A stretch of DNA of 64,000 bases from Nanohaloarchaea archaeon B1-Br10_U2g1 (lineage in GTDB: Archaea; Nanohalarchaeota; Nanosalinia; Nanosalinales; Nanosalinaceae). The stretch is taken from positions 11,324 to 75,323 of the forward strand of contig LKMN01000002.1 in the NCBI GenBank assembly GCA_001563875.1, given 5' to 3'. A model generated the notes under the pieces. It made no database searches. It saw only the letters and a list, made by a program, of their open reading frames with translations, and had not been told where the DNA came from. The position numbers were made by a program, and so were the translations under genes. Positions 28,849-38,341 of this stretch are shown piece after piece (within the stretch, counting starts at the first letter, position 1; each line of letters starts with the position of its first letter).

Positions 28849-29421
28849 ATGTACAAAAGGCTGACAATAGAAGACAAGGTCCGGGTGCCGCCTCAGCACT
28901 TCGGTGAAGATGTAGAGGACAGCGTTAAAGCAGGACTCGAATCAGAAGTAGAGGGAACAATAAACTCTGAGATAGGAGTAGTAATAGCTGTAGAAAAAGT
29001 TAACAGTATCGAAGGAGGCGATATAGAGCCGGAAGATGCAGGAGTACACTACGATGTAGAGTACGAAGCTATAGTATACGAACCAGAGCTACACGAAGTC
29101 GTAAACGGAGAGGTAGTCGATATAACAGAGTTCGGAGCATTCGTAAGAATCGGTCCTTTCGACGGTCTATGCCACGTCAGCCAGGTAATGGACGACTACG
29201 TTAACTACGATGAAGAGAACGCAATGCTTGTATCCGACGAAGAACAGTTCACACTGGAAATCGGGGACGTACTCACAACAAGAATAATCGCGGTCTCACT
29301 CGACAAACAGGATACCAACAAAGTAAACCTGACAATGAGACAGCCAGGTCTAGGAAAACAGGAATGGATTGAAAAATACGAAGAAGAACAAGAAGAAGCC
29401 GAAGAGGCAGAAACTGAATAA
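28849..29421 (+). CDS. rpo7: RNA polymerase subunit Rpo7 (E')
   Basis: 'DKVRVPP', S1 domain 'FGAFVRIGPFDGLCHVSQ', 'LTMRQPGLGK'. Confidence 0.97.
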   Translation: MYKRLTIEDKVRVPPQHFGEDVEDSVKAGLESEVEGTINSEIGVVIAVEKVNSIEGGDIEPEDAGVHYDVEYEAIVYEPELHEVVNGEVVDITEFGAFVRIGPFDGLCHVSQVMDDYVNYDEENAMLVSDEEQFTLEIGDVLTTRIIAVSLDKQDTNKVNLTMRQPGLGKQEWIEKYEEEQEEAEEAETE

Positions 29422-29434
29422 GGTGAAAATTTGA

Positions 29435-29623
29435 ATGGCCGAAAAAGCGTGTAAGGAATGTAACAGAATTGTAGAGGACTCTGACGAGTGCCCTGTATGT
29501 AAGAACAACGATCTTTCAACATCTTGGAGCGGGCTAGTAGTTATTTACGACTCTGAAGACTCTGAGATAGCTGAAAAACTGGAGATTAAAACACCTGGAA
29601 AATACGCTATAAGAACGAGGTAA
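29435..29623 (+). CDS. spt4: Transcription elongation factor Spt4 (RpoE'')
   Basis: 'ACKEC', 'CPVC', 'WSGLVVI', 'SEIAEKL', 'PGKYAIR'. Confidence 0.96.
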   Translation: MAEKACKECNRIVEDSDECPVCKNNDLSTSWSGLVVIYDSEDSEIAEKLEIKTPGKYAIRTR

Positions 29624-29630
29624 AAATATT

Positions 29631-30068
29631 ATGGAAACTGAAATTGTATCTGTAAGAGAGAACCCTCTATTAGAGAGGAGAAAAGTAAAACTAAAAGTCA
29701 GTCACGATGGAGAACCAACACCAAGCGAAGAGGATATCGTTGACCGACTGGCAGCAGAACAAGATCTTGGAGCCGATGAAATCGAAGTTCTAAGCATCTA
29801 CACAGGTTACGGAAGTAACACATCGGAAGCAACTCTAAACGTTTACGAAGAGTTCGAGTACGATGAAGAAGTCGAGAAAGATCCTGCAGAAGAACAAGGA
29901 GAAGAAGTAGAAGTAACAGCAGAATACGAAGAAATCGTCTCAGGAACCATTACAGAAGCTAAAGAAGCACTAGGAGAGATGGAAAGCCCTGACTACAAGG
30001 CAGCTATTGAAGCAGAAAAAGCTAACAAAAACCGTACAACCTTAATCGATTGGCTTGAAAGCCAGTAG
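29631..30068 (+). CDS. rps24e: 30S ribosomal protein S24e with C-terminal extension
   Basis: 'ENPLLERR', 'HDGEPTPS', 'TGYG'; syntenic position. Confidence 0.9.
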   Translation: METEIVSVRENPLLERRKVKLKVSHDGEPTPSEEDIVDRLAAEQDLGADEIEVLSIYTGYGSNTSEATLNVYEEFEYDEEVEKDPAEEQGEEVEVTAEYEEIVSGTITEAKEALGEMESPDYKAAIEAEKANKNRTTLIDWLESQ

Positions 30069-30077
30069 GTGAATAAT

Positions 30078-30227
30078 ATGGCTAAACATGAGAAGGTTTC
30101 TCGACACGAGAAGTACAGTGAAGATGGAAGCTATGAAGGAGAAAAATGCCCAAGATGCAGCTCCTTCCTAGCCGAACACGAAGACCGTAAAAGCTGCGGT
30201 AAATGCGGATACACAAAACACGAATAA
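30078..30227 (+). CDS. rps27ae: 30S ribosomal protein S27ae (absent from the ORF track)
   Basis: Translated by hand: [49 protein letters not shown]; CPRC/CGKC zinc finger, GGTGA SD, syntenic. Confidence 0.95.
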   Translation: MAKHEKVSRHEKYSEDGSYEGEKCPRCSSFLAEHEDRKSCGKCGYTKHE

Positions 30228-30269
30228 CCTTCGTGTTTAAACTTTTCACTATTTAACTGTATTTCTATA

Positions 30270-31268
30270 ATGATAGTCCTTGGAATTGAGTCTACAGCCC
30301 ATACTTTAGGGATTGGTATAGTCAGAGAGGAAAAAGTAGGAGTTAATAAGAAATGGGACTGTCTTGCCAGCCAGAAATCAATGTTTGAACCAGACCAAGG
30401 AGGCATACATCCTAGGAAGGCTGCGGAACACCATTATCAACATGCTTTGGAGCTTCTTAACAATGCCGAACAGGAAGCTGGTATAGATATCTCTGAGGTT
30501 GACGGAATAGCGTTCTCACAAGGACCTGGTATCCCTCAGTGTCTTGATACGGGAGCTGTAATCGCGAGAAGTTTAGCAGAAAAACACGGTATCCCTCTTA
30601 TAGGTGTGAACCACTGTCTCTCACACATTTCTATAGGTACTAGGACTACGAAAGCGGACAACCCGACAACCCTGTACGTATCCGGAGGGAACAGCCAGAT
30701 AATAGACTACCGTAAAGGCCGGTACCGAGTAATAGGAGAGACACAAGACATTGCATTAGGAAATGCATTGGACAAGCTAGCTAGAACAATGGGATATCCT
30801 CATCCTGGAGGACCAGAGATTGAAAGACTCGCAGAACAGACAGATGAAATCGTGGAGCTTTCATATCCCGTTAAAGGTATGGACTTTTCATTCTCGGGTA
30901 TAGTGACAGAGACACAGAGAACGGTTGGAGACCTAGAGGACCAGGTTTTAGCAAACAGCTTCCAAGAGCACGCATACGCCGTAGTGGTTGAGGCTCTTGA
31001 GAGAGCGATGAGTCAAGAAGACTCAGAAGAAGCACTACTGACAGGAGGGGTAGCTATGAACTCCCGGTTAAGAGAAATGGTGAGAACAATGTGCGAACAA
31101 CGAGGAGCTAAAGCTTACTTCCCACCTAAAGAGTACTGTATGGACAATGGAGTCATGATAGCGGAACAAGGACTTCTAGAACTTAAGGCCGGAAGTAAAA
31201 CAAGGATAGAAGAGTCTACAAAGAAGCCTAACTGGAGACCTGACGAGGTAGAAGTAGAATGGATCTAG
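30270..31268 (+). CDS. kae1: tRNA N6-adenosine threonylcarbamoyltransferase Kae1
   Basis: 'LGIESTAHT', 'GGIHP', 'SQGPG', 'VNHCLSHI', 'VSGGNSQ', 'YCMDNGVMIA'. Confidence 0.97.
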   Translation: MIVLGIESTAHTLGIGIVREEKVGVNKKWDCLASQKSMFEPDQGGIHPRKAAEHHYQHALELLNNAEQEAGIDISEVDGIAFSQGPGIPQCLDTGAVIARSLAEKHGIPLIGVNHCLSHISIGTRTTKADNPTTLYVSGGNSQIIDYRKGRYRVIGETQDIALGNALDKLARTMGYPHPGGPEIERLAEQTDEIVELSYPVKGMDFSFSGIVTETQRTVGDLEDQVLANSFQEHAYAVVVEALERAMSQEDSEEALLTGGVAMNSRLREMVRTMCEQRGAKAYFPPKEYCMDNGVMIAEQGLLELKAGSKTRIEESTKKPNWRPDEVEVEWI

Positions 31269-31861
31269 ATAAAGCAAAAAAAGTGATTCAAGAAGGCGGA
31301 ATAGTAATTTATCCGACAGAGACAGCTTACGGCATAGCTGCAGATGCAATGAACTCGGAAGCTGTACGAAAAGTTTTTGAGGCGAAAAATCGCCCGAGAG
31401 ACAAAGGATTAACTGTAATAGTAGACAGCTTAGAGACCGCTGAGAGGTATTCAGAGCTTTCAGAAAAGGAGAGAAACATTGTGAAAGAGTTTATGCCCGG
31501 TCCTTTAACACTTGTTACAGAGAAAAAAGATTCTGTACCCGATGTTCTAAACGAGAAATTTGTTTTCCGTATATCTTCCAGTCCTATAGCAAGAAAACTT
31601 GCTGAAAACGGACCTATAACCGCTACAAGCGCCAATATTTCTGGAGAAGATACAAGTTATTCTGTTGGAGATATCTCTGAAGAATTAAAAACAAGTGCAG
31701 ACTACGTTATAGATACAGGGCTCTTAGAGCAGAAACCTACGTCTACCATAGTAGAGATACAGGTAGAAGAAATTAAGATACATCGTAAAGGCCCTATAAG
31801 CAAGGAACAAATTGCAGACGTGTTAAAGAATGACAGCAGGGATAACGGCATTAGTAACTGA
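31259..31861 (+). CDS. L-threonylcarbamoyladenylate synthase (TsaC/YrdC type, no Sua5 C-domain)
   Basis: 'YPTETAYG', 'KNRP', 'PGPLT', 'TSANISG', 'STIV'. Confidence 0.93.
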   Translation: MDLDKAKKVIQEGGIVIYPTETAYGIAADAMNSEAVRKVFEAKNRPRDKGLTVIVDSLETAERYSELSEKERNIVKEFMPGPLTLVTEKKDSVPDVLNEKFVFRISSSPIARKLAENGPITATSANISGEDTSYSVGDISEELKTSADYVIDTGLLEQKPTSTIVEIQVEEIKIHRKGPISKEQIADVLKNDSRDNGISN

Positions 31862-33527
31862 TTTTGCACTTCTAATAGCGACAGCAACTTTGCTAGGCAT
31901 ATTTGCTAAAAAGACGAAACAACCTACTATAATCGCCTATATTCTGACCGGTCTGGTTTTGGGACCTGTAGTCTTCGGAGTAGTAGGAGAATCAGAACTA
32001 ACCTATCTTATGTCTGAACTTGGTTTGGGGCTCTTACTCTTCTTACTGGGAATTGAGATGAACTTGAAGGAAATAAAAGATATTTTACGCCCTGTAACCA
32101 GTATTGCAATATGGCAAACTGTTTTACAAACCTCTCTAGCCTTCATAATACCTTTATTTTTAGGCTTCACAATTATGGAAACTATAATCATTGCTCTATG
32201 TACTGTTTTCGGAGCTACTCCCGTAATTGTCAAATTGTTAACAGATAAAGACGAAATAACTAGTTTACCAGGAAAAATCGATGTCGGAGTGCTGATACTT
32301 CAAGATATCTACTTAGTGATTATATTAGCTCTGCTTGCGGCAGACATATTCTCGAACCCCGATCTTGCAGGCATTGGACTTACATTAGGAAAAATTTTCC
32401 TTCTAATGGGCATGATAACTGTGCTAAGTCTTGCATCTTCAAAATACATCCTGCCCGGATTATTCCGGATATCTGCATCGAATAAACACACATTATTCAT
32501 TCACGGAATTACATGGGCTTTCCTTTTCATATCTCTGGCCTTAGCACTGGATCTATCTGTAGAGGTAGGCGCGTTCTTAGCAGGGCTAGGCCTGGGACAG
32601 ATACCTTATAGAGAGGAGCTTAAGGAACGTGTAAGGCCCTTAACCGACTTCTTCATGGTGATATTTTTCTCAAGTATAGCGCTGACTATAAACCGAGATA
32701 ATCTTTTCGCTTACTGGCAAGAAGCCATAGTAGCATCTATAATCCTCATGGTTGGTAATTTCCTAATAATGTTCTATCTTATTGATAGGCAGCATTTTAC
32801 ACCAAAAACCAGCTTTTTAGGAAGCTTGAACATGACACAGGTTTCCGAGTTCTCATTAGTTGTAGGAGCCTTAGCGGTTAGTCAAGACTATGTTGGTAAC
32901 GATATACTAGGCTACCTGTCACTTATGGCTTTACTGACTATGTCTACATCATCTTACTTAATCCAGTATAACCAGGAGATTTACCAGAAAGCTGCGCCTT
33001 ATCTGAAGAGGTTTGAAGCCGAACATAAGAAAGATGTAGAGCTCAGAACACTGGATAACCACATAGTTATCGTAGGATACAACCAGATTTCTAAACAGGT
33101 AATTTCTATACTAAAAGAATCTGATAAAGATATAGTGGTAGTTGACAGAAACAGCGATAATACGGCGCAACTAGAGTCTAGAGACGATATAGACTACATA
33201 TACGGCGATATACAGCACAGCGAGATAAGAAAGACTGCAGGAGTGAAAAGAGCAGACCTTGTATTTTCTCTAAGTCCTGAGTACGAGATAAACAAGAAGA
33301 TCGCTATTGAAAGCCCTGATGCAGCTCTATTTGTTAAAGCCAGAAGATTTGAAGAGGCGGCAGAACTTTACGAAGCCGGAGCACATTATGTACTACTGAA
33401 ATCGGAAATCGCATCAGATCAGATAGTCGAATATCTAGAAGCTTACCTAGAGGACAAGTCTCTCTTCCTAGAAATGACAGAAACCGATAAAGAACGAATA
33501 AGGTGGAGTGAAAAAGAAAAATGGTAG
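31830..33527 (+). CDS. CPA2/Kef-type cation:proton antiporter with RCK domain
   Basis: 'QPTIIAYILTG', 'LILQD', 'GAFLAG', 'QVSEFS', C-terminal 'IVGY...YIYGD'. Confidence 0.92.
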   Translation: MTAGITALVTDFALLIATATLLGIFAKKTKQPTIIAYILTGLVLGPVVFGVVGESELTYLMSELGLGLLLFLLGIEMNLKEIKDILRPVTSIAIWQTVLQTSLAFIIPLFLGFTIMETIIIALCTVFGATPVIVKLLTDKDEITSLPGKIDVGVLILQDIYLVIILALLAADIFSNPDLAGIGLTLGKIFLLMGMITVLSLASSKYILPGLFRISASNKHTLFIHGITWAFLFISLALALDLSVEVGAFLAGLGLGQIPYREELKERVRPLTDFFMVIFFSSIALTINRDNLFAYWQEAIVASIILMVGNFLIMFYLIDRQHFTPKTSFLGSLNMTQVSEFSLVVGALAVSQDYVGNDILGYLSLMALLTMSTSSYLIQYNQEIYQKAAPYLKRFEAEHKKDVELRTLDNHIVIVGYNQISKQVISILKESDKDIVVVDRNSDNTAQLESRDDIDYIYGDIQHSEIRKTAGVKRADLVFSLSPEYEINKKIAIESPDAALFVKARRFEEAAELYEAGAHYVLLKSEIASDQIVEYLEAYLEDKSLFLEMTETDKERIRWSEKEKW

Positions 33528-35170
33528 ATATTATCAACACACTCACACTAATATTTGTAGCGTCATCCTTAACACTGTTTATAGCTAAAAGAACAGGTCA
33601 TCCCGCAATACCTGCCTATATAATAGCAGGCATAATGTCTGGATACTTCATAACAGAACAAGAACAGCTTTTTACTCTTGTTCAGCTCGGCATAGCGTTT
33701 TTAGTATTCTTATTCGGGTTAAAGTTCGACCCTGAGAAGATTAGAGACGTTGCTGTAGACTCTCATATAGCCGTGCTAATCCAAGTTGTAGTAATAGGGC
33801 TTGTAGGGCTTCTGTCCGGTCTTATAATGGGTTTAGATATTTTCCACGCAACCATTTTTGCTCTAGCAGCAGCTTTAAGCTCAAGCTTAGTCGGAATAGA
33901 GCTCTTAGAGAAGGAAATTGACTTTAAACTCATACATGGCCGACTAACAGAATCTATGAATTTAGTCCAGGATTTGATTGCTATTCTTGCAATAATAATC
34001 CTTAGTAGCACGGCCTTCGATGTATCAACAGTATCAACAACCCTGTTTTATGGCGCAAGTATTCTACTGGCCGGATTCTTGGTTCGAAGATACTTAATGG
34101 AATTTATTGCTAGCCAGGCAGAGAGTTCAAACGAGCTTCTAATGTTGATAAGCATAACTATATTAACCGGTTTCATAGCGGTTTCAGAATATTTAGGACT
34201 TTCTATGATCGTAGGAAGCTTTGCAGCCGGTGTAGCGGTAGCCAGATATCCTTATAACTTAGAGATTCTTGATGCTATTTCTAGTTTAAAAGACTTTTTC
34301 TCAGCAATATTCTTTGTAACTCTGGGCGCATTATTGACGCTCCCTAATCTAAACGTGCTATTCTTGACCCTGCTCCTAGTTTTTCTAACAATCTTTATCC
34401 AGCCTTACCTAACCTCAGTGATACTTACTTATCTAGGATACGACTCACGTACAAGTTTTGCTACAGCAACAAGTACTGACCAAATCAGCGAGCTAGTGCT
34501 TATACTTGTTATACAACTCTATCTCGTAGGAAGCATTATCAGCGAACTTTACCAGGCAGTAATACTGGCGGCAACTATCACAATGGTAACCTCAAGCTAT
34601 ACTACTCAGCACGAACAAGAGCTTTTCACAAGATTGAAAAAATACAACTTCCCGCTCACCGACACCTCTAGCCAGAAAATCAGTATAAAGGAGAGACTTG
34701 AAGACCACACAATTCTTTTAGGATACGACATACAAGGGAAGAAAATAGCTAGACTTCTAGATAAAGAGGACGAGCCCTTCATAATTTTAGAGAACGATCC
34801 AGAAAAAATCGATGAAATCAAGAAGAAAAAGTACAACTACATTTATGGAAACGCCTTCCAAGAAGAGATATGGACCCAAGCAGAGTACGAGAGAGCCAAA
34901 CTAATTATCTCCACACCTCCATTCAGCAAAGTGTCTCAAAAAGTTGCCGAGCTTGAAACAGATGCGGATAAGATATTAACCGAGCAAGAGCTAGATAAGG
35001 CACGGGAGCTGCTACAGAAGAAAGATGTTATATATGTAAACGTTCCCGAGGTTGCTGCTGTAGACCAGATAACAGAACACTTGATCGGTACATTAAACGA
35101 TGTAAACTACAAAGAAAAACTGAGGAGGAAGTACATGTTAGACATAAGAAACTATCTAGAGTCAAACTAG
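33521..35170 (+). CDS. Second CPA2/Kef-type antiporter with RCK domain
   Basis: 'PAIPAYIIAG', 'LSSS', 'VQD', 'GSFAAG', 'KDFFSAIFF', 'QISE', RCK 'LLGY...ENDPE'. Confidence 0.92.
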   Translation: MVDIINTLTLIFVASSLTLFIAKRTGHPAIPAYIIAGIMSGYFITEQEQLFTLVQLGIAFLVFLFGLKFDPEKIRDVAVDSHIAVLIQVVVIGLVGLLSGLIMGLDIFHATIFALAAALSSSLVGIELLEKEIDFKLIHGRLTESMNLVQDLIAILAIIILSSTAFDVSTVSTTLFYGASILLAGFLVRRYLMEFIASQAESSNELLMLISITILTGFIAVSEYLGLSMIVGSFAAGVAVARYPYNLEILDAISSLKDFFSAIFFVTLGALLTLPNLNVLFLTLLLVFLTIFIQPYLTSVILTYLGYDSRTSFATATSTDQISELVLILVIQLYLVGSIISELYQAVILAATITMVTSSYTTQHEQELFTRLKKYNFPLTDTSSQKISIKERLEDHTILLGYDIQGKKIARLLDKEDEPFIILENDPEKIDEIKKKKYNYIYGNAFQEEIWTQAEYERAKLIISTPPFSKVSQKVAELETDADKILTEQELDKARELLQKKDVIYVNVPEVAAVDQITEHLIGTLNDVNYKEKLRRKYMLDIRNYLESN

Positions 35171-35178
35171 GTGTAGAG

Positions 35179-35754
35179 ATGATCGAATTAAAGGGTGCAG
35201 AAGCTACAATAGAGATTAGAGAAGACCGAGTTGTTAAGACCCGTCTACCGAAAAAATACCGTCACCCTGATATAGATAGCGAGATAAGAAGGGAGAGAAC
35301 CAGTTCTGAGAAAAGAATTATCGACCACGCCATCAAACACGGGGTTAATGCACCGGAGACAGAGAAAACCGGGGAAAACGTGCTTGAAATGCAGAAAATC
35401 TCAGGCAACACGTTAAGAGATATTTTGGAAGAAAAAGCTGGAAAAGCGGAAGAACTCGGTAAAAACGTTGCCTACCTTCATTCAGCAGATATTATACACG
35501 GCGACCTGACCACCAGCAACGTCTTAGTAAACGAAGACGTCTACCTGATAGATTTCGGTCTCTCGTTCAGATCTGACAGGGTTGAAGATAAAGCTGTAGA
35601 TATACATCTCCTCAAACAGGTTTTGAACAGCTCACATCCTGAAAAGGCAGAAACTGTTTGGCGCCACTTTTTAGACGGCTACAGTAGTTATGAGGAATAC
35701 GAAGAAGTTATGAGTCAGCTCAGTGAAGTTGAAAAACGAGGCCGTTACAAGTAG
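35179..35754 (+). CDS. bud32: KEOPS kinase Bud32
   Basis: 'GAEA', 'KTRLPKKYRHP', 'HGDLTTSN', 'IDFGL', 'EDKAVD', 'RGRY'. Confidence 0.96.
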   Translation: MIELKGAEATIEIREDRVVKTRLPKKYRHPDIDSEIRRERTSSEKRIIDHAIKHGVNAPETEKTGENVLEMQKISGNTLRDILEEKAGKAEELGKNVAYLHSADIIHGDLTTSNVLVNEDVYLIDFGLSFRSDRVEDKAVDIHLLKQVLNSSHPEKAETVWRHFLDGYSSYEEYEEVMSQLSEVEKRGRYK

Positions 35755-35762
35755 TCTGTTGA

Positions 35763-35836
35763 TTTAAAAGATTTCGTCTCGTACCTGTATCTTAGACCGG
35801 TGAGGTCGACAAGGCTTGAACCGGATCAGTAGGTGA
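35763..35836 (+). promoter_or_regulatory. Promoter and hairpin 5' leader of rps15
   Basis: TTTAAAA 35763-69; stem-loop 35795-35827; GGTGA SD. Confidence 0.5.
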
Positions 35837-35844
35837 ATCAAACA

Positions 35845-36279
35845 ATGGCAAAAATGCATTCTGACGGACGAGGAAGTTCTGGATCAGCTAAACCTGTAAA
35901 CAAGAAGACTCCTAGATGGGTTGACTACGATGAAGATGAAGTAGTTGATCTCGTCGTGAAACTTAGAAGAGACGACAACGATCCTTCTCAGATAGGTTTG
36001 AAACTTAGAGACCAGTACGGAATCCCTAGCGTAAAACAGATAACAGACAAAACAGTTACAGAAATTCTGGAAGAAGAAGGACTGGAACTTAACGTTCCAG
36101 AAGATCTTTCCAATCTAGTGGAGAAAGCAGAGTCAATTCAAGAACATCTTGAAGAGAATCCTAAAGACAGAGACGCAGAAAGAAGTCTGGAGCTGACAGA
36201 AGCAAGGATTCGAAGGCTTGCACAGTACCACAGAGATGAAGGGAACATTCCTGAAAACTGGAAGTACAGCCGAGAGTAA
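35845..36279 (+). CDS. rps15: 30S ribosomal protein uS15
   Basis: 'MAKMH...GSSGS', 'SQIGLKLRDQYGIP', 'PEDL', 'EARIRRL', 'WKY'. Confidence 0.97.
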   Translation: MAKMHSDGRGSSGSAKPVNKKTPRWVDYDEDEVVDLVVKLRRDDNDPSQIGLKLRDQYGIPSVKQITDKTVTEILEEEGLELNVPEDLSNLVEKAESIQEHLEENPKDRDAERSLELTEARIRRLAQYHRDEGNIPENWKYSRE

Positions 36280-36289
36280 GACCTCTCTT

Positions 36290-36847
36290 TTACAACTCTT
36301 TATTTCTATCTAAAGTTTCTTTATAATCTCTAAGAAGCTCTTCAGGAAGCTTATCTCTATTCAAGAGATGTTCTTGTACGTTCTTTACGGATAAGGAGTT
36401 CTCATAGTTGAACCTTGAGGACTGTTCTCTAGGGCCCGCCTCCGTAGAACCCTCAAACGTACCTGCAACCACATAGTATTCTGGCTGGTCATCAATCTCG
36501 GGGTAGAGAGCTTCGATCTCGTTAGACCATTCGTACAAACGCCACTTTCCTCTTTCACTAAACCCGTTGTGGTCCACTAGAATAGCATGGCAGACATAAG
36601 ATACCTCCCTATAATCTCTATTCACAAAGCTACCGAGTTTTGCAGCTTCCTGTAGAACACCTTGGTAAGCTCTTCCTTCCTCAATCTCCTTACCCGTCTC
36701 CTTTTCAGCTTTATCAAGCCAGTTCTTCACGTCCCGGGGATTAGTATCTCTTGAACCTTTTTGGACCAGTATATACTCTGATGAACCGTTAACTTCATTT
36801 TGCACCTTTGAAAACACCTTTACATTGTTTAAAGAGTCCTGAACCAC
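36290..36847 (-). CDS. Hypothetical protein (ORFan)
   Basis: 185 aa ORF filling the gap, with an AT-rich TATA-like upstream region. Confidence 0.6.
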   Translation of the reverse strand: MVQDSLNNVKVFSKVQNEVNGSSEYILVQKGSRDTNPRDVKNWLDKAEKETGKEIEEGRAYQGVLQEAAKLGSFVNRDYREVSYVCHAILVDHNGFSERGKWRLYEWSNEIEALYPEIDDQPEYYVVAGTFEGSTEAGPREQSSRFNYENSLSVKNVQEHLLNRDKLPEELLRDYKETLDRNKEL

Positions 36848-36979
36848 ATAAAAATAAGTATATATAACAGAACATCAAAAAACCACCATAACTACCTTCT
36901 TTTATAACAAGATTTCTCTGAAATAAATCAAAATGAATAAAAGATGAGAATCCGGATAGAGAGAATAGTGATCTAAACT

Positions 36980-38335
36980 TTGGTAGAAGATATTCTTAAC
37001 GAAGCAAAGCCTGCAGCGGAAAAACTGGAAAATTTTGAAGGCAAAATCCGTTTAATCGGTCAGTACGACGCTGATGGAATCTGCTCAACAGCTATAGCAC
37101 ACGAAATACTTGAAAGACTTGGAAAAGAGTTCGAATACGAAATCTTAAAGCAGCTGTACGAGGAAGACGTTAGAAGGTTAGCAGAAGAAGAGGAAGAGCT
37201 TCTGCTGTTTGTTGACATAGGATCAGGACAGTCAAAACATATACAGAAACTGATAATTGAAGAAACCGACAAAGAAGTAATAGTTTCAGATCACCACGAA
37301 CCACAGATAGAGGGAGACTTCATACATCTTAACCCTCATTTCCTCGGTCATGACGGAGGAGAAGCTATTTCCGCAGCAGGAATGACCTACCTTCTTGCTG
37401 AAGCAGTATCAGAGGAAAACTATGACCTAGTAACTTACGCACTTATAGGAGCTACCGGAGACGTACAGAAACAGGAAGGTGAGTTCCTAGGGCTGAACAA
37501 GGAACTTCTAGAGAGAGCTGAAGAACACGGACTTATCGATAAAAGACAGGGACTGGACCTGTATGGAAAAAGCACAAAGCCGTTACACAAAGCACTTATG
37601 TATACTTCCGATCCTTACCTCGAAGGTATCAGCAACAATGAGTCTGGCTCAATCCAGTTCTTAAAGTCTACAGGAGTCGATATACGAGAAAACGGGAGCT
37701 TCAAAACGCTCTCAGATCTGACGGAAGAGGAGGAAAAAAAGATTATTCACGGCCTGATAACCCAAGGATTCGATGCTGGAAAACTTGTCAACCCTGTCTA
37801 CATGCTTGACAACGGCCACGGAATAGACGAATACTCAACAATAATCAACGCATGCGGAAGGCTTGGAGAGCCTAAAACCGGAGTCAAGATCCTTCTAGAA
37901 AACGATTTGAAAGCCGCAAAGAAAATATCCCGGAAATATGGTCGTAAAATTTCTTCTGCTCTCCGATATGTAGAAGACAACAAAGACAATACCGATGTAA
38001 TCTATGAAGACGGTATAGGAGTTATTGATGGGAAAGACAAGATTGAGGATGACTTTATTGGAACCGTTACAACTATTTCGATGAGTAATGGCTTCTTCGG
38101 GGATGTACCTGTTATAGTTGGTGTTGCGGAAACCGAGAAAGACAAGATAAAGGCCTCCTGTAGAGCCACAAAGACAGCGGTAGACGAAGGACTGAATCTA
38201 GGAGAGATCATAGAAAGTATATGCGAAGAGATTGACGGCGAAGGAGGAGGACACAATGTAGCTGCAGGAGCAAAGTTTCCTCAGACGAACAAAGAAGAGT
38301 TTATAGAACAGTTAAGCTCTGAGGTAGCTCGTTAA
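36980..38335 (+). CDS. DHH-family RecJ-like (GAN/Cdc45-like) nuclease
   Basis: DADG, 'DIGSG', DHH, 'LNP', 'GATGD', 'NACGR', 'GGGHNVAAGA'; lies between rps15 and rps3ae. Confidence 0.93.
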   Translation: MVEDILNEAKPAAEKLENFEGKIRLIGQYDADGICSTAIAHEILERLGKEFEYEILKQLYEEDVRRLAEEEEELLLFVDIGSGQSKHIQKLIIEETDKEVIVSDHHEPQIEGDFIHLNPHFLGHDGGEAISAAGMTYLLAEAVSEENYDLVTYALIGATGDVQKQEGEFLGLNKELLERAEEHGLIDKRQGLDLYGKSTKPLHKALMYTSDPYLEGISNNESGSIQFLKSTGVDIRENGSFKTLSDLTEEEEKKIIHGLITQGFDAGKLVNPVYMLDNGHGIDEYSTIINACGRLGEPKTGVKILLENDLKAAKKISRKYGRKISSALRYVEDNKDNTDVIYEDGIGVIDGKDKIEDDFIGTVTTISMSNGFFGDVPVIVGVAETEKDKIKASCRATKTAVDEGLNLGEIIESICEEIDGEGGGHNVAAGAKFPQTNKEEFIEQLSSEVAR

Positions 38336-38341
38336 TATTGT

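Noticed and set aside
30131-30406. 91-aa minus-strand ORF
   Set aside because: Overlaps rps27ae and kae1.
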